Notes under the pieces: model-generated
Told to the model about the DNA's origin: nothing
Database searches by the model: none
The model's input: the letters and a program-made list of their open reading frames with translations, nothing else
Part shown: piece after piece, positions 9,283 to 18,556 of the stretch
Layout of the letters: the number at the start of each line of letters is the position of its first letter
Position numbering within the stretch: position 1 is the first letter of the stretch
Program-made: the position numbers and the translations under genes
Source: a virus
Taxonomy: Duplodnaviria; Caudoviricetes
Strand: one strand, 5' to 3'
Length of the DNA stretch: 36,153 nt
IMG/VR virus record: IMGVR_UViG_3300048850_000121
Span: 1 to 36,153 of that record

Positions 9283-9996
9283 TTGTCTGAACATGAGAAG
9301 TCTAGAAAAACGCCTTTAGAATCAAGCATTGCATTGCCACTCGGCGGATTAATAGTTGCAGCGCTTGCGTGCGCTGCGTCGCTTACGCAGGCATGGGTTT
9401 CATACGGACAACAAGAAGCTGAGTTCAGAAAAATATTGTTTACCGAACGCCTCAATTCAGTTGTTTCGACAGCAACCTTGCAGCTCGATGCACTTTCGCT
9501 AATTGAATCGATCGGAGATGACTTCGAGACGTTCTCAAAACAAATGAACGACCTGCTTCAGAGAATGTCGAATAACCCCAGTTCGGCAGAGCAGATAATA
9601 GAAATTAGTCGTGACGAGTTCAGGGCTTTTTCTCATTCTTGGAACACAAAAAAAGAGAGAATTCGGCAAGTGGCTGCGAGCATGCCAGCAATTTATTCAA
9701 AGCTTATAATCCTCTTACCTCGTGATGTTGTGAGGAGACCAACCACCACTCTTGTCGCTCTCAATAAAAATTTGGAAGATCTGGGAGACGATCTCAATAC
9801 TATCTTCATCGATATTCCACCCGAATTTAACTTACAGGAAAAACAAAATACGTTAGTTCGAATTGCCGATGCGCTGCATTCATTTGCAGATCGTATGCCA
9901 GCGCATAGAAAAGCGCTGGAATCCGACTTTATGTCTCTGGACAACTTCATTAACGATGCACGCCACGCCATGGGAATTAATTCGATACGAAGATAA
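9283..9996 (+). CDS. Low-GC moron: N-terminally membrane-anchored helical protein, antisense to the late operon
   Basis: ORF track gives 9139..9996; TTG at 9283 has GGGAG 7 nt upstream and is the more likely start. Hydrophobic IALPLGGLIVAALACAASLTQAWV, then coiled-coil-like region; visibly AT-richer than flanks. Confidence 0.75.
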   Translation: MSEHEKSRKTPLESSIALPLGGLIVAALACAASLTQAWVSYGQQEAEFRKILFTERLNSVVSTATLQLDALSLIESIGDDFETFSKQMNDLLQRMSNNPSSAEQIIEISRDEFRAFSHSWNTKKERIRQVAASMPAIYSKLIILLPRDVVRRPTTTLVALNKNLEDLGDDLNTIFIDIPPEFNLQEKQNTLVRIADALHSFADRMPAHRKALESDFMSLDNFINDARHAMGINSIRR

Positions 9997-10005
9997 ACCT
10001 TGGCA

Positions 10006-10314
10006 TCAATTTGTCTCACTCGGTCGATTATTCTTTGCAGACTCAGCGGATAACACTGCGAAGGCGTCCATCAGCCAGGCCGGCTGGGCATTGATGCCCC
10101 CCGGCTCCGGCAGCTGCGCAAAGCCGCCCATGCCACCCTGGCAGCGGTTCCAGAGCCGCACGACGTGGAAGTAGGCCGGCGGGATGGCGTAGCGCGGGTT
10201 GATCTTCCACCATCGCCCGCCAGCGAACCAGTTGCCGCCCTCCGGCGGCCGGGCAGTCTGCGGGTAAGCCCCTGGCGCCGCCCGGGCGACGGCCAGGGCC
10301 GCTTTCAGTTTCCC
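10006..10314 (-). CDS. Tail assembly chaperone gpT-like segment reached by -1 frameshift (not in ORF track)
   Basis: 102 open codons in the -1 frame from GGG AAA CTG to TGA at 10006; contains LPEPGGINAQPAWLMDAFAVL; no start codon at its 5' end. Confidence 0.8.
   Translation of the reverse strand, partial: GKLKAALAVARAAPGAYPQTARPPEGGNWFAGGRWWKINPRYAIPPAYFHVVRLWNRCQGGMGGFAQLPEPGGINAQPAWLMDAFAVLSAESAKNNRPSETN
10270..10314 (-). promoter_or_regulatory. Programmed -1 frameshift signal (G GGA AAC plus downstream hairpin)
   Basis: Slippery heptamer GGGAAAC (10308-10314) directly before the gpG stop; stem CCCTGG-C-CGTCGC-CCGG-GCGGCG-CCAGGG begins 9 nt downstream. Confidence 0.8.
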
Positions 10315-10901
10315 ACCGCCTCCTTGGTCGGGCTCATCAACGCCAGTGCGGCGATGCCCAGCGCGGCGACATCGCCAGCCGGCAGGTGCGTCGTGATGAA
10401 CTCAGCGTCTAGCTTGTCGCCCGGGAAGGCTGGCAAGCCCTCACCCTCCCAGCCGCGCAGGCTGGCCACCAGCATGGCGACGTGCTCCTCCCGGCCGAGG
10501 CGACCGTCGAGACTGCGAAGATCCTTCAGCGCCGGATCTTCGCGCGTCAGCCACTCGGCCGAGCGGTAGCCGATCTGCGCGCGCAACAGGCGCTCCCGCG
10601 CCTCGGCAATCTCCGCTCGGCCTTCCTTGTCGCTGCCGCCATGCGCCAGCATAGTGGCCTGGAAGTGCACCTCGGCTTCCTCGAAGGCATCCACCTTCTG
10701 GACCAGGTCCGCCTTGTCGAGGCGCTTCAGCGCCTCGCGCACTTCTTCCAGGATGACAGCTTGTGGCGGCCGCATGCTGACCGCCGAGGCCTCACTCATG
10801 CGTCCGGCCTCGCCGTAGCTCAGGGCAGCCAGAGTGTACTTCCGGCCGCCCAGATCCTTGACGATGCGGAAGCCCGCACCGGTCACGACTGCACTGCTCA
10901 T
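10305..10901 (-). CDS. Tail assembly chaperone (gpG-like)
   Basis: 198 aa between tail tube and tape measure; ends ...EAVGN* on a slippery sequence. Confidence 0.8.
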   Translation of the reverse strand: MSSAVVTGAGFRIVKDLGGRKYTLAALSYGEAGRMSEASAVSMRPPQAVILEEVREALKRLDKADLVQKVDAFEEAEVHFQATMLAHGGSDKEGRAEIAEARERLLRAQIGYRSAEWLTREDPALKDLRSLDGRLGREEHVAMLVASLRGWEGEGLPAFPGDKLDAEFITTHLPAGDVAALGIAALALMSPTKEAVGN

Positions 10902-10910
10902 GTCGGGCCC

Positions 10911-12083
10911 TTACCAGCAGCTGAGGAACATGCCGGCGCCGGGGACGTCCGGCATCAGCGTGAGGTTGTCGACGCCCATCTCACCGCGGTTGGCATCCTC
11001 GTAGGCGGTGATGCGCAGCGACGGGTTGGCGATGGTGAAGCGGTTGCCCACCGTGGCGCCGAGCATGCCGGCGAAGGGCATGGCGGTGCCGACCTGGAAC
11101 TTGCCGAAGCGGCTCGGGCTGTTGCTGGTGGTGGTGAAGGGATCGATCGTCACCGAGCCACTGGCGCCGGTGATCTCCGGCGGGTCGAAGCCCTGCGGCC
11201 CCTCGGGGTTCTCCGGGTCGTACATCGTGTTGTTGGCGTTCCAGCCGTAGCTGGCACAACGGGCCACGGCGCGGTCCAGGCGGGACAGGCCGTTCGACCA
11301 GTTCGGCGGCTGCGGCCGGGACACCTGGTTCCAGCCGGTCGGCAGGGGCGCCGCCTCGTAGGCGCCGAGCAGCTGGCCGCGCAGCGTGAAGGTCAGGAAG
11401 GCCGGCTGGCCGGCGGTCATGGCCAGCGCGACGGAGCCCTTGCAGCCGGTGAAGCGCCAGCGGATGCCGCCGCGATAGCCGTAGATGGTGACCGGACGGA
11501 TCAGCGTCTCATCGTCGGTCAGCCGGTACAGGACGTTGTTCGGAATCTGCACCAGCGTGGTGGCGCCGAGCACCGGATTGAAGGTCTCGCCCAGCGTGGC
11601 CACCCGGCCGGCGGTGTAGTCAAGGATCGGCGTCACGTCGCCGACGGCGGGGTTGCCGGTCAGCATCAGCGGCATGCCGCGATAGGCCTGTGCCGTGGCG
11701 GCGAAGGGCGCGGCCAGGGTCACCGAGGTCGCACTGCCGGCGGTCGCCGCGGTCGGGGCGCCGACTGCCGCCTGGATCACTTCCTCGAAGCGACAGGCGG
11801 TCAGCAGCCGGCCGAACTCAGGAGGGACGCCGGCCTGCCCGGGGCCGCGCAGCGGAATGCGCACGGTCAGCTGCGGCCGGATGCCGGTCGGGATCGGCGC
11901 GTTGCTGTCGAGGCTGCCCGTGGCGGTCATGTCCTCCACGGTCTGCTGCGGCAGGGTGAAGGTCAGTTCACCGGCGACGAAGTCGCTGGACAGCGGCACG
12001 CTGCCGCCGAAGGCGTCGAGACCAGCGGTGGTCTCGGTCTTCACGGCCATGGCCGAAAGCTTGATGCGGATGGTCTCGGCCAC
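10911..12083 (-). CDS. Major tail (tube) protein
   Basis: 390 aa, GTG start with AGGAG RBS; beta-rich, N-terminal AVKTETTAGLD and WRFTGCKGSV motifs; position before the chaperones. Confidence 0.8.
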   Translation of the reverse strand: MAETIRIKLSAMAVKTETTAGLDAFGGSVPLSSDFVAGELTFTLPQQTVEDMTATGSLDSNAPIPTGIRPQLTVRIPLRGPGQAGVPPEFGRLLTACRFEEVIQAAVGAPTAATAGSATSVTLAAPFAATAQAYRGMPLMLTGNPAVGDVTPILDYTAGRVATLGETFNPVLGATTLVQIPNNVLYRLTDDETLIRPVTIYGYRGGIRWRFTGCKGSVALAMTAGQPAFLTFTLRGQLLGAYEAAPLPTGWNQVSRPQPPNWSNGLSRLDRAVARCASYGWNANNTMYDPENPEGPQGFDPPEITGASGSVTIDPFTTTSNSPSRFGKFQVGTAMPFAGMLGATVGNRFTIANPSLRITAYEDANRGEMGVDNLTLMPDVPGAGMFLSCW

Positions 12084-12138
12084 GGGCCAGTTCTCCTGCT
12101 GCTGGAATCACGAAGGGCGCCGCGTAGCGCCCCGGGGC

Positions 12139-12396
12139 TCAGGCTTTGGACTTGCCGGCGGGCTCGGCATCGGCGTCGCGCGCCTGGCCGGCCTCGATCG
12201 CGGCGTCGGCGACGCTGCCGGGCAGCATGACCGACTGGCCCGGGGCGATGTCGGGGCCGACGTCGCGCGGGATGACCTTGACGGCCACCACGCGCTTGAG
12301 CGCGGGCAGCACGGTGATCGCCGGGCCGAGCGGCACGGCCAGGGCCTCGGGCTCGGCAGCCGCCTGCGCGGCGGCCGAGGATGCGGAGTTGGGCAT
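12139..12396 (-). CDS. Small phage hypothetical protein
   Basis: 85 aa, GGAGA RBS, co-oriented in the late operon. Confidence 0.6.
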   Translation of the reverse strand: MPNSASSAAAQAAAEPEALAVPLGPAITVLPALKRVVAVKVIPRDVGPDIAPGQSVMLPGSVADAAIEAGQARDADAEPAGKSKA

Positions 12397-12449
12397 GGAG
12401 GTCTCCAGGGGTTGCGGCGCGCAGCGGCGCCGGAGCGATGGCAGCCCGG

Positions 12450-12941
12450 TCAGGGCAGATCGATGAAGGGCCGGCCGCGCGGCCAGCGGACCTGGGTCGT
12501 GTAGGTCTGCATGAAAGAGGCGGTCGGCGCCGAGTTGAGCAGGACGCCCTGGATGGCGATGTCGAGGTCGGGCTCATCCACCCAGATCTCCAGTACCCCA
12601 TCCTGGTGCTGCACCAGCAGCGGCTCATCCCGCACCACGGCTTCCGAGACGCGCGCCTGCAGCAGGTTGAGGGCGGTGCCCATCATGGCGCGGTCGGACG
12701 CGTACTGACTGCTCACCCAGCCTTCGACGATCCACTCGAAGCTGTAGAGCACCTCGCCGGCCGTCTCGGTGTCGTTGGTGACGTGGCGGCCGTCGATTGA
12801 ATTCAGGCGAGGGTAGACAACGTCGTCACCGCTGCCAGGCGGGTCGGCCAGGTTGCGATCCACCACCACGCCCGTCAGAGCCTGCCGCAGGGCGTCCGTG
12901 AGCGTGACGTAGACCGTCTCGCGGAGTGGGGTGCGGGTCAT
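12450..12941 (-). CDS. Tail terminator/completion protein (gpU-like)
   Basis: 163 aa acidic protein between head-tail joining protein and tail tube; synteny. Confidence 0.65.
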   Translation of the reverse strand: MTRTPLRETVYVTLTDALRQALTGVVVDRNLADPPGSGDDVVYPRLNSIDGRHVTNDTETAGEVLYSFEWIVEGWVSSQYASDRAMMGTALNLLQARVSEAVVRDEPLLVQHQDGVLEIWVDEPDLDIAIQGVLLNSAPTASFMQTYTTQVRWPRGRPFIDLP

Positions 12942-12950
12942 GGGATGCCC

Positions 12951-13283
12951 TCAGTTCTGCCGGCCGAGATAGAGGTAGTAGCGAACCCGGCGGGTATCCT
13001 GCCGGACCGCCTCGACGATCCAGCCGGACTCGCCGCCCTTGGCCACCAGGTCGCCCTTCTGCGGGCGGTTGCCCTTCAGCGCGGCAGCGGTGACGATCCA
13101 CTCGACGCGGATCGCCATGACGCCGGGCCCATTGCCGAATGCGCTGTCGACCTGTTCCTCGACTTCGCTCGGCACCATCCGAACCGGAAACGCCGGGCCG
13201 CCGCTGGCGAGCTGGTACATCGCATCGATGCCCAACTCGGAAGCGGCGATGTCCTCGGCCGCCATGGCGAAGGGATCGTCCAT
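12951..13283 (-). CDS. Head-tail joining protein (gpFII-like)
   Basis: 110 aa right after capsid; MDDPFAMA..., RPQKGDLV motif. Confidence 0.7.
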   Translation of the reverse strand: MDDPFAMAAEDIAASELGIDAMYQLASGGPAFPVRMVPSEVEEQVDSAFGNGPGVMAIRVEWIVTAAALKGNRPQKGDLVAKGGESGWIVEAVRQDTRRVRYYLYLGRQN

Positions 13284-13293
13284 GGCGGCGCGC

Positions 13294-14307
13294 TCAGAAC
13301 TTCTTCGCGCGGAGCAGCAGCTGCGGCATCTGGCAGTAGTGGAACGGGTAGCTGTAGATTTCCGGCTGGAACCAGAACCCGCGGTCCCGATCGCGCACGA
13401 TCATGCTGTAGATGTCCTGGCCCGGGGTGTTGACGAACTCCTCGCTCTCAGAGGGGGAGAACGCCACACCGAACACGCCGGGCGCACCGACCGGGAAGAA
13501 CCGCGCCTGGTCAATGTTGATGGCGATCTTGCTGCCATCGTCGGTGCCGCGATAGTTCACCCAGGTGATGCCGCCGAAGTCCAGCGAACCGTAGGCGGTC
13601 CCCTCGCGGAGGCGCGCCCCTTCCTGCGCCTTGTAGGTCTCCCGCACCTTCTCATGCCCGATCAGCGCATCGAAGAAGTTGTCGCCAACCAGCGCCATCA
13701 CGCGGCTGGAGGGGACCATGGCGCCCTTGCTGGCCGAGCGCATGGCGCGCGTGACCTGGTTGCACTTTCCGCGCACGTCGGTCTTCGGATCGTCCAACTC
13801 GAAGTCGATTAGCTCAGGCTCAGTGATGCCGAAGCGGGTGTAGAAGTTGGCCAGCACCGTGGTGCCGTCCGCGTCCATCAGCTTGCCCTGGATGGCGCCG
13901 AGCCGGTGAAATTCGTGGGTCAGCTCCATGTCCTGGCGCTGGCTGCCCTGGATGCGGGTGATCTCATCCTGCACCGCGACAAATTCGTCCGGGCTGTCGA
14001 AGCTGCGCAGGTTCTGCAGCTCATGCGCCTGCTTGCGCTGGCGCTTCGCGAGACGGGGGGTCTTGAAGTAGACCTCCGTCCCCTGGTCGTCCTGGCCCAA
14101 CACCGGGTCACCGCCGCGCTCCGTGGTCGGGATCAGGGTCAGCTTGCCGTCCAGCGCCCGGATCGCGACCTTGTCGGTGCGGATGCGGTCCACCTCGAAC
14201 AGGTTAAGGCTGCCGAGGAACTGGGGCTGAAAGGGCAGCCGGCGGGCGGCGCGTGTCAGCGGGATCGGCTGAAACACGCTGTTGTTCAGAATGTCGAGGG
14301 CGGGCAT
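13294..14307 (-). CDS. Major capsid protein (lambda gpE family)
   Basis: 337 aa; THEFHRLGAIQGKLMDADG, FGGITWVNYRG and EFVNTPGQ motifs. Confidence 0.93.
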   Translation of the reverse strand: MPALDILNNSVFQPIPLTRAARRLPFQPQFLGSLNLFEVDRIRTDKVAIRALDGKLTLIPTTERGGDPVLGQDDQGTEVYFKTPRLAKRQRKQAHELQNLRSFDSPDEFVAVQDEITRIQGSQRQDMELTHEFHRLGAIQGKLMDADGTTVLANFYTRFGITEPELIDFELDDPKTDVRGKCNQVTRAMRSASKGAMVPSSRVMALVGDNFFDALIGHEKVRETYKAQEGARLREGTAYGSLDFGGITWVNYRGTDDGSKIAINIDQARFFPVGAPGVFGVAFSPSESEEFVNTPGQDIYSMIVRDRDRGFWFQPEIYSYPFHYCQMPQLLLRAKKF

Positions 14308-14321
14308 GGGTCAGGTGTCCT

Positions 14322-14687
14322 TCAGCGCACCACGATGCCGAGCGCCGCCAGGGCGGCGACGGCTTCGGCCTTGTCGGGATCGGAAATGCCGGCGGGCCAG
14401 CTCAGCAGGGCGCCATCGGCCTCGAAGTCGCGGCCGAGCAGGACCACGCGCTTGTCCTCGGCCGTGGCGTCGACGGCATCGAAGATCGCGCCCACGGCAT
14501 TCTCGCTGCCGTCGTCCGCGCCCGGCGTCAGCGGCACCAGCTTTTTGGTCGCCGTGATGCGGCCCACCACGGTACCGGCGACACCGGTATGCCCGGCGGC
14601 GAAAGTCTCGTGGCTGCGGGAGCGCCAGAAATTGGCTTCCCCCGCGATGAAGCAGCCGGCACCCCGGCCGGTCAGAATGGTCAGCAT
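14322..14687 (-). CDS. Head decoration protein (lambda gpD family)
   Basis: 121 aa; AGTVVGRIT, DDGSENAVGAI, C-terminal LAALGIVVR; directly upstream of capsid. Confidence 0.88.
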   Translation of the reverse strand: MLTILTGRGAGCFIAGEANFWRSRSHETFAAGHTGVAGTVVGRITATKKLVPLTPGADDGSENAVGAIFDAVDATAEDKRVVLLGRDFEADGALLSWPAGISDPDKAEAVAALAALGIVVR

Positions 14688-14699
14688 GGTTCTGGCTCC

Positions 14700-16013
14700 T
14701 TACTGGCCGAAGACGCGGGCGTGAGAGGCACCCCAGCCGTCCGGGTCGGCCGGGTCGCTGCTGCGCTGCTGGGTCTGATCGCGCAGGCCGTGGCCGGTGC
14801 TGATCGTCTCCTGCTGGGCACCGGCGGCGCGACCGCGCAGCAGGGCCTCGGACACCTCGCCACGGCTCTTGCCGGCGCGGATGAAGCCGGCGGCCTGGCC
14901 CGGCTGGCCGGCCATGGCGCACAGCTCAACGATGTCGGCGCAGTCCTCGACGCTGAGGCCAACGGCCGGCGGCGTGGCGCCACCCTGCTGCGGCGCCGTG
15001 CCCGGCGCGGGGGCGGCGCCCTGCGCGGGCGCGGCGCCGGTCGCGGGCGTGGTGGTCGCGGCGGGGGTGCCCGGCGCGGCCGTCTCCTGTGTGGTCATCG
15101 GATGTTCCATGCTGGAGGGGGCGCGCGGCGGGGTGCCTGGCGCGCTGGGGGTGGTCACGGCGTCCGCGCGGCGCGTCGCTTCGGCGATCGCGTCGTCGAG
15201 GGTGCCGAGCTGCTGGGCCAGTTGCTGCTGCACGGCCTCGGGGCCGTAGAAGCAGCCGGCTTCCGTGGCGCGGACGGCATCGACGGGGATGCCGCGGGCG
15301 CTGGCGACCTGGCCGACGAAACGGTCGTAGAGGCGGTGGACCAGCCCGGTGATGTCGGCCCGGGTGGCCTCGCTCATCTTCAGGTGGCTACTGCCGTCGA
15401 CCTTCTTCGCGCCGGCGAAGATGAACTCGTAGGCGAGCCCTTCCTTGCCGTCGCGGGCGGTTTGATCGATGTGCACCACCAGCACGCCGATGCTGCCGGC
15501 CCCGCCGCCTTCCAGGATGAAGATGTGGCTGGCGGCGGCGGCGATCGCATAGGCGGCGCTGAAAGCGTAGGCGTTGATCGCCGCGACGATTGGCTTGACT
15601 GCCCGCATCGCCACGATCTCATTGGCCAGCTCAAAGCAGCCGGCCGCCTCGCCGCCCGGGCTGTTGATGTCCAGCACCACGCCGCGCACGGCCGTGTCCG
15701 CCATCGCCATGCGCAGATCGGCGCGGATGGCGGTGTAGGAGCGCAGCGGCGCGCTGGTCGCGTCCATCTGGCCGGAGCGGTTCACCAGCAGCCCGACCAC
15801 CGGCACCAGGGCGATGCCGGCCGAGGTGACCCGGTAGGGCTTGCGCACCACGTCCGGCTGCCGCTGTGCCCATTCGTCATCGTCGCTGAAGGCGCGCGGG
15901 GCGAGGCCCAGGCGTGGCGCCAGGCCGCCCAGCACGGCCTGCAGCTTGCGCTCGTGCACCATCAGCGGCGCGTCGCACAGACGCTCCCTGACATGCATCA
16001 GCAACTCTTGCAT
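14700..16013 (-). CDS. S49-family prohead protease (gpC-like) with C-terminal scaffold region
   Basis: LDINSPGGEAAG, AFSAAYAIA and AGSIGV motifs; Pro/Ala/Thr linker then helical tail. Confidence 0.93.
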   Translation of the reverse strand: MQELLMHVRERLCDAPLMVHERKLQAVLGGLAPRLGLAPRAFSDDDEWAQRQPDVVRKPYRVTSAGIALVPVVGLLVNRSGQMDATSAPLRSYTAIRADLRMAMADTAVRGVVLDINSPGGEAAGCFELANEIVAMRAVKPIVAAINAYAFSAAYAIAAAASHIFILEGGGAGSIGVLVVHIDQTARDGKEGLAYEFIFAGAKKVDGSSHLKMSEATRADITGLVHRLYDRFVGQVASARGIPVDAVRATEAGCFYGPEAVQQQLAQQLGTLDDAIAEATRRADAVTTPSAPGTPPRAPSSMEHPMTTQETAAPGTPAATTTPATGAAPAQGAAPAPGTAPQQGGATPPAVGLSVEDCADIVELCAMAGQPGQAAGFIRAGKSRGEVSEALLRGRAAGAQQETISTGHGLRDQTQQRSSDPADPDGWGASHARVFGQ

Positions 16014-16016
16014 GAC

Positions 16017-17531
16017 CTATTCCTCGTTTGTGTTCCGGTCGTCATCGTCGGGCGCTTCCGGCTCGACAGGCTGGGTTGGCTCGCCGCTCTTGGTGGTGGG
16101 GGCGATGCCGAGCTTGCGGCGCCGCTTCTGGTCTTCCGCTGTGCGGCGGTCGGTTTCCTCGGCGTCGTAGCCGGCGGATTCCATGACGTCGGAAGGCGAC
16201 CGGAACAGGTTCTGCACGGCCAGCACGTCGGCCTGCATGTCCTTCAGCGGATCGACCCACTGCCAGGCCGGCGTCATCCAGCGGATGCGACGGAACTTGG
16301 CGCGGTTCGGCAGGTAGACCTGCGGGGTCAGCCCCTTCACCGCTCCCGCCAGCACCGCCTGTTCCAGCCAGGCCTGCGCCACGGCCCGGCACATGCCGAA
16401 GACCATCACGGAGAACTGGTAGGCCTCGACGCGTGCCCGGGCATCCACCAGGGCGGCGCGCAGGCTGGAGTAGTTGGCCTTGTTGGTGTCGCCGGTCAGC
16501 GCGAAGTAGGGCACGCCAAGGCCCGCCGCGACGGCCAGCAAGTTGCGGTACTGGAAGGCCTCGTAGTTGCCACCGACGTCTGCCGGCGTGTTGAAGGTAA
16601 CCTTGTCGCCCCGACGCAGCACCTGCATGCCGCCGGGCTCCAGCCGGACCTCGATCACGCCATCGCTGCCTGTGGTGGCCAGAGCACCGGAGCCGTCAGG
16701 CGGCGCTTCGCCCAGATCTTCGTCGAAGTCCTCGCCCGGTTCGATGAAGCCGGTATTCAGCGCGGCGGTCTTTTTCCGCTCCAGCTCGGCATCATCGTAC
16801 TGGTCCAGCACGAACAGCTTGACGATGACGTTGGAGAACCGTGAAAGGCCGCGCAGCTGGCCGGCTTCGACCGGGTCCAGCAGGTGCCGGACCTCGGCTG
16901 CCGGCACCCGGGTCTTCTGCCCGCCAATCGCCCGCTGCTCGGTCGTATCAGCCGGGTGCTGGCGGTAAAAGTGATAGGCGACCCGGCGGCCGATCACATC
17001 GAACTCGATCCCCTGCCGCACCGTATTGCCGTTGCTCAGGCGCCGGTTGTCGTTGGGGTCCAGCATCTCGGACGGCAGCATCTGGATCTGCAACGGCACG
17101 CTGAGGCCGTCTTCCGGGCGGCGATAGCGCAGCCGCAGGAAGACTTCGCCGGCGATGAAGATCTCACGCGCGGCGCGGCGCTGCAGGCCGTAGAAGTCGG
17201 TTAGCCCCTCGGCGTCCGCCTCATCCGTCCAGTCGTCCCAGGCCTGGCGCAGCGCGCGCTTCAGGCTGGCCGTAGTACCGACCCAGGAGGGCGAGATGCC
17301 CGCGGCGCCGACCAGCCGGTTGGCCCACCAGTCCACCGCGTTGATGGCGTAAGAGTTGTTGCGGGTCAGCCAGCGCGACCGCTGCTGCACCGTCTCGCCG
17401 GACTGGGCGATCAGCGAGTTGATGTGCGCGGCGTTCGGCCGCCAGTAACGCAGGCGACGGCTGGCGGCGCCGGCTTCCAACCCCGCCCCCTGCCCGCCCG
17501 AGGTCGGCGCGAAGCCCGAGGTGTCCGACAT
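16017..17531 (-). CDS. Portal protein, lambda family
   Basis: 504 aa; RSRWLTRNN, GIEFDVIGRRVAYH, QLRGLS, ANYSSLRA, WQWVDPLKD motifs. Confidence 0.95.
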   Translation of the reverse strand: MSDTSGFAPTSGGQGAGLEAGAASRRLRYWRPNAAHINSLIAQSGETVQQRSRWLTRNNSYAINAVDWWANRLVGAAGISPSWVGTTASLKRALRQAWDDWTDEADAEGLTDFYGLQRRAAREIFIAGEVFLRLRYRRPEDGLSVPLQIQMLPSEMLDPNDNRRLSNGNTVRQGIEFDVIGRRVAYHFYRQHPADTTEQRAIGGQKTRVPAAEVRHLLDPVEAGQLRGLSRFSNVIVKLFVLDQYDDAELERKKTAALNTGFIEPGEDFDEDLGEAPPDGSGALATTGSDGVIEVRLEPGGMQVLRRGDKVTFNTPADVGGNYEAFQYRNLLAVAAGLGVPYFALTGDTNKANYSSLRAALVDARARVEAYQFSVMVFGMCRAVAQAWLEQAVLAGAVKGLTPQVYLPNRAKFRRIRWMTPAWQWVDPLKDMQADVLAVQNLFRSPSDVMESAGYDAEETDRRTAEDQKRRRKLGIAPTTKSGEPTQPVEPEAPDDDDRNTNEE

Positions 17532-17533
17532 CG

Positions 17534-17794
17534 TCAGAGCCCCTTGCCGCCGCCGTAGTAGACCACCTGCGCCCGCCGCCGGCGCTGGCCGGTCTGCCGC
17601 TCCAGCCGGGCGATCTCATCATCGACCATCCGCAGCGCCTTGGCGCGCTCGCTGGAGGATTCGTAGCGCAGGCCGCTGCCATCGGCATTGGTCACTTGGC
17701 TGAGGCCGGTCGTCATCTGCCGCAGCAGCCGCTCGCGCCTCGCGCGAGCATCCGACAGCGCAGTCTGGACCTGCACCGTGCTCAGGTCGGACAT
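17534..17794 (-). CDS. Head completion/head-to-tail joining protein (gpW-like)
   Basis: Small basic protein before portal ending GKGL; start moved to ATG 17794 because GGAGG lies just upstream (track start 17809). Confidence 0.75.
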   Translation of the reverse strand: MSDLSTVQVQTALSDARARRERLLRQMTTGLSQVTNADGSGLRYESSSERAKALRMVDDEIARLERQTGQRRRRAQVVYYGGGKGL

Positions 17795-17818
17795 GCAGGC
17801 CTCCATCATGTTCAGGGA

Positions 17819-18544
17819 TCAGGGTTCGGCGAGCACCGCCGCCCAGTTGGCCTGCAGGTGCTCTTGCACGGAGCGCCGCGCGACGCCGTCGAAGTCGAAG
17901 CGCGTGCTGTAGTTCGGTGCCTGGCGCGCGAAGAAGAAGATCGGCAGCACGCCGTTGCCGAAGGCGGTGCGCAGCCGGCGGTAGATGCCCGGCGGCAGGC
18001 CGGGCCGCTTGTCGTAGACGGCGAAGTATTCCTCCGCCCGCCGCCCGCCGCGGCTCTTGCGGGTGGTGCTGCGCGAGTTCTCCCCAAGCGCCCGGATGGA
18101 CGACAGGATCTTGACGATGGCACCCCGGCTGACGTTGCCGTAGGCGTCCAGCGGCGCGTATTTCGTCGGCACTAGGTAGACCTGCCGGCCGCCCAGCACG
18201 TTGCGGCTCAGCACGCCTTCCGAGGCCTTCATGCCGCGCCGCCCGCCACGCGCCTGCAGGCCCACCCAGCGCTCGGCGCAGCGGTTCTTGTTGCCCAGGC
18301 CGTCCTTGAAGCGAACCTTGGCGACCAGGTTGTCGCGATTGGCGTAATCGATGCCGATCGAGTTGAGCGTGTAGGGCGTCGGCCGGTCCAGGACCCGCCG
18401 CATTTCCTCCTGCTCATCCTGACGAACCTGGACCGCCGTGCGGTTCAGCGTCGTGTAGGTCGCGTAGCGCACGCGCCTGGCGTAGCGGTCGACGAAACCG
18501 GCCAGCGGGGCCGTATCGAGCTTGATATCGATCAGCCCCGCCAT
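17819..18544 (-). CDS. Basic tail completion protein (lambda gpZ/HK97 gp10-like)
   Basis: 241 aa, Arg-rich; LNRTA...DRPTPYTLNS, LDAYGNV, PPGIYRR, YSTRFDF motifs. Confidence 0.6.
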   Translation of the reverse strand: MAGLIDIKLDTAPLAGFVDRYARRVRYATYTTLNRTAVQVRQDEQEEMRRVLDRPTPYTLNSIGIDYANRDNLVAKVRFKDGLGNKNRCAERWVGLQARGGRRGMKASEGVLSRNVLGGRQVYLVPTKYAPLDAYGNVSRGAIVKILSSIRALGENSRSTTRKSRGGRRAEEYFAVYDKRPGLPPGIYRRLRTAFGNGVLPIFFFARQAPNYSTRFDFDGVARRSVQEHLQANWAAVLAEP

Positions 18545-18556
18545 GCCATTTCCCCT

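Noticed and set aside
12115-12132. Hairpin GGGCGC-CGCGTA-GCGCCC before the tail tube gene as a terminator
   Set aside because: Short stem in GC-rich DNA with only a weak T-run; could be chance.
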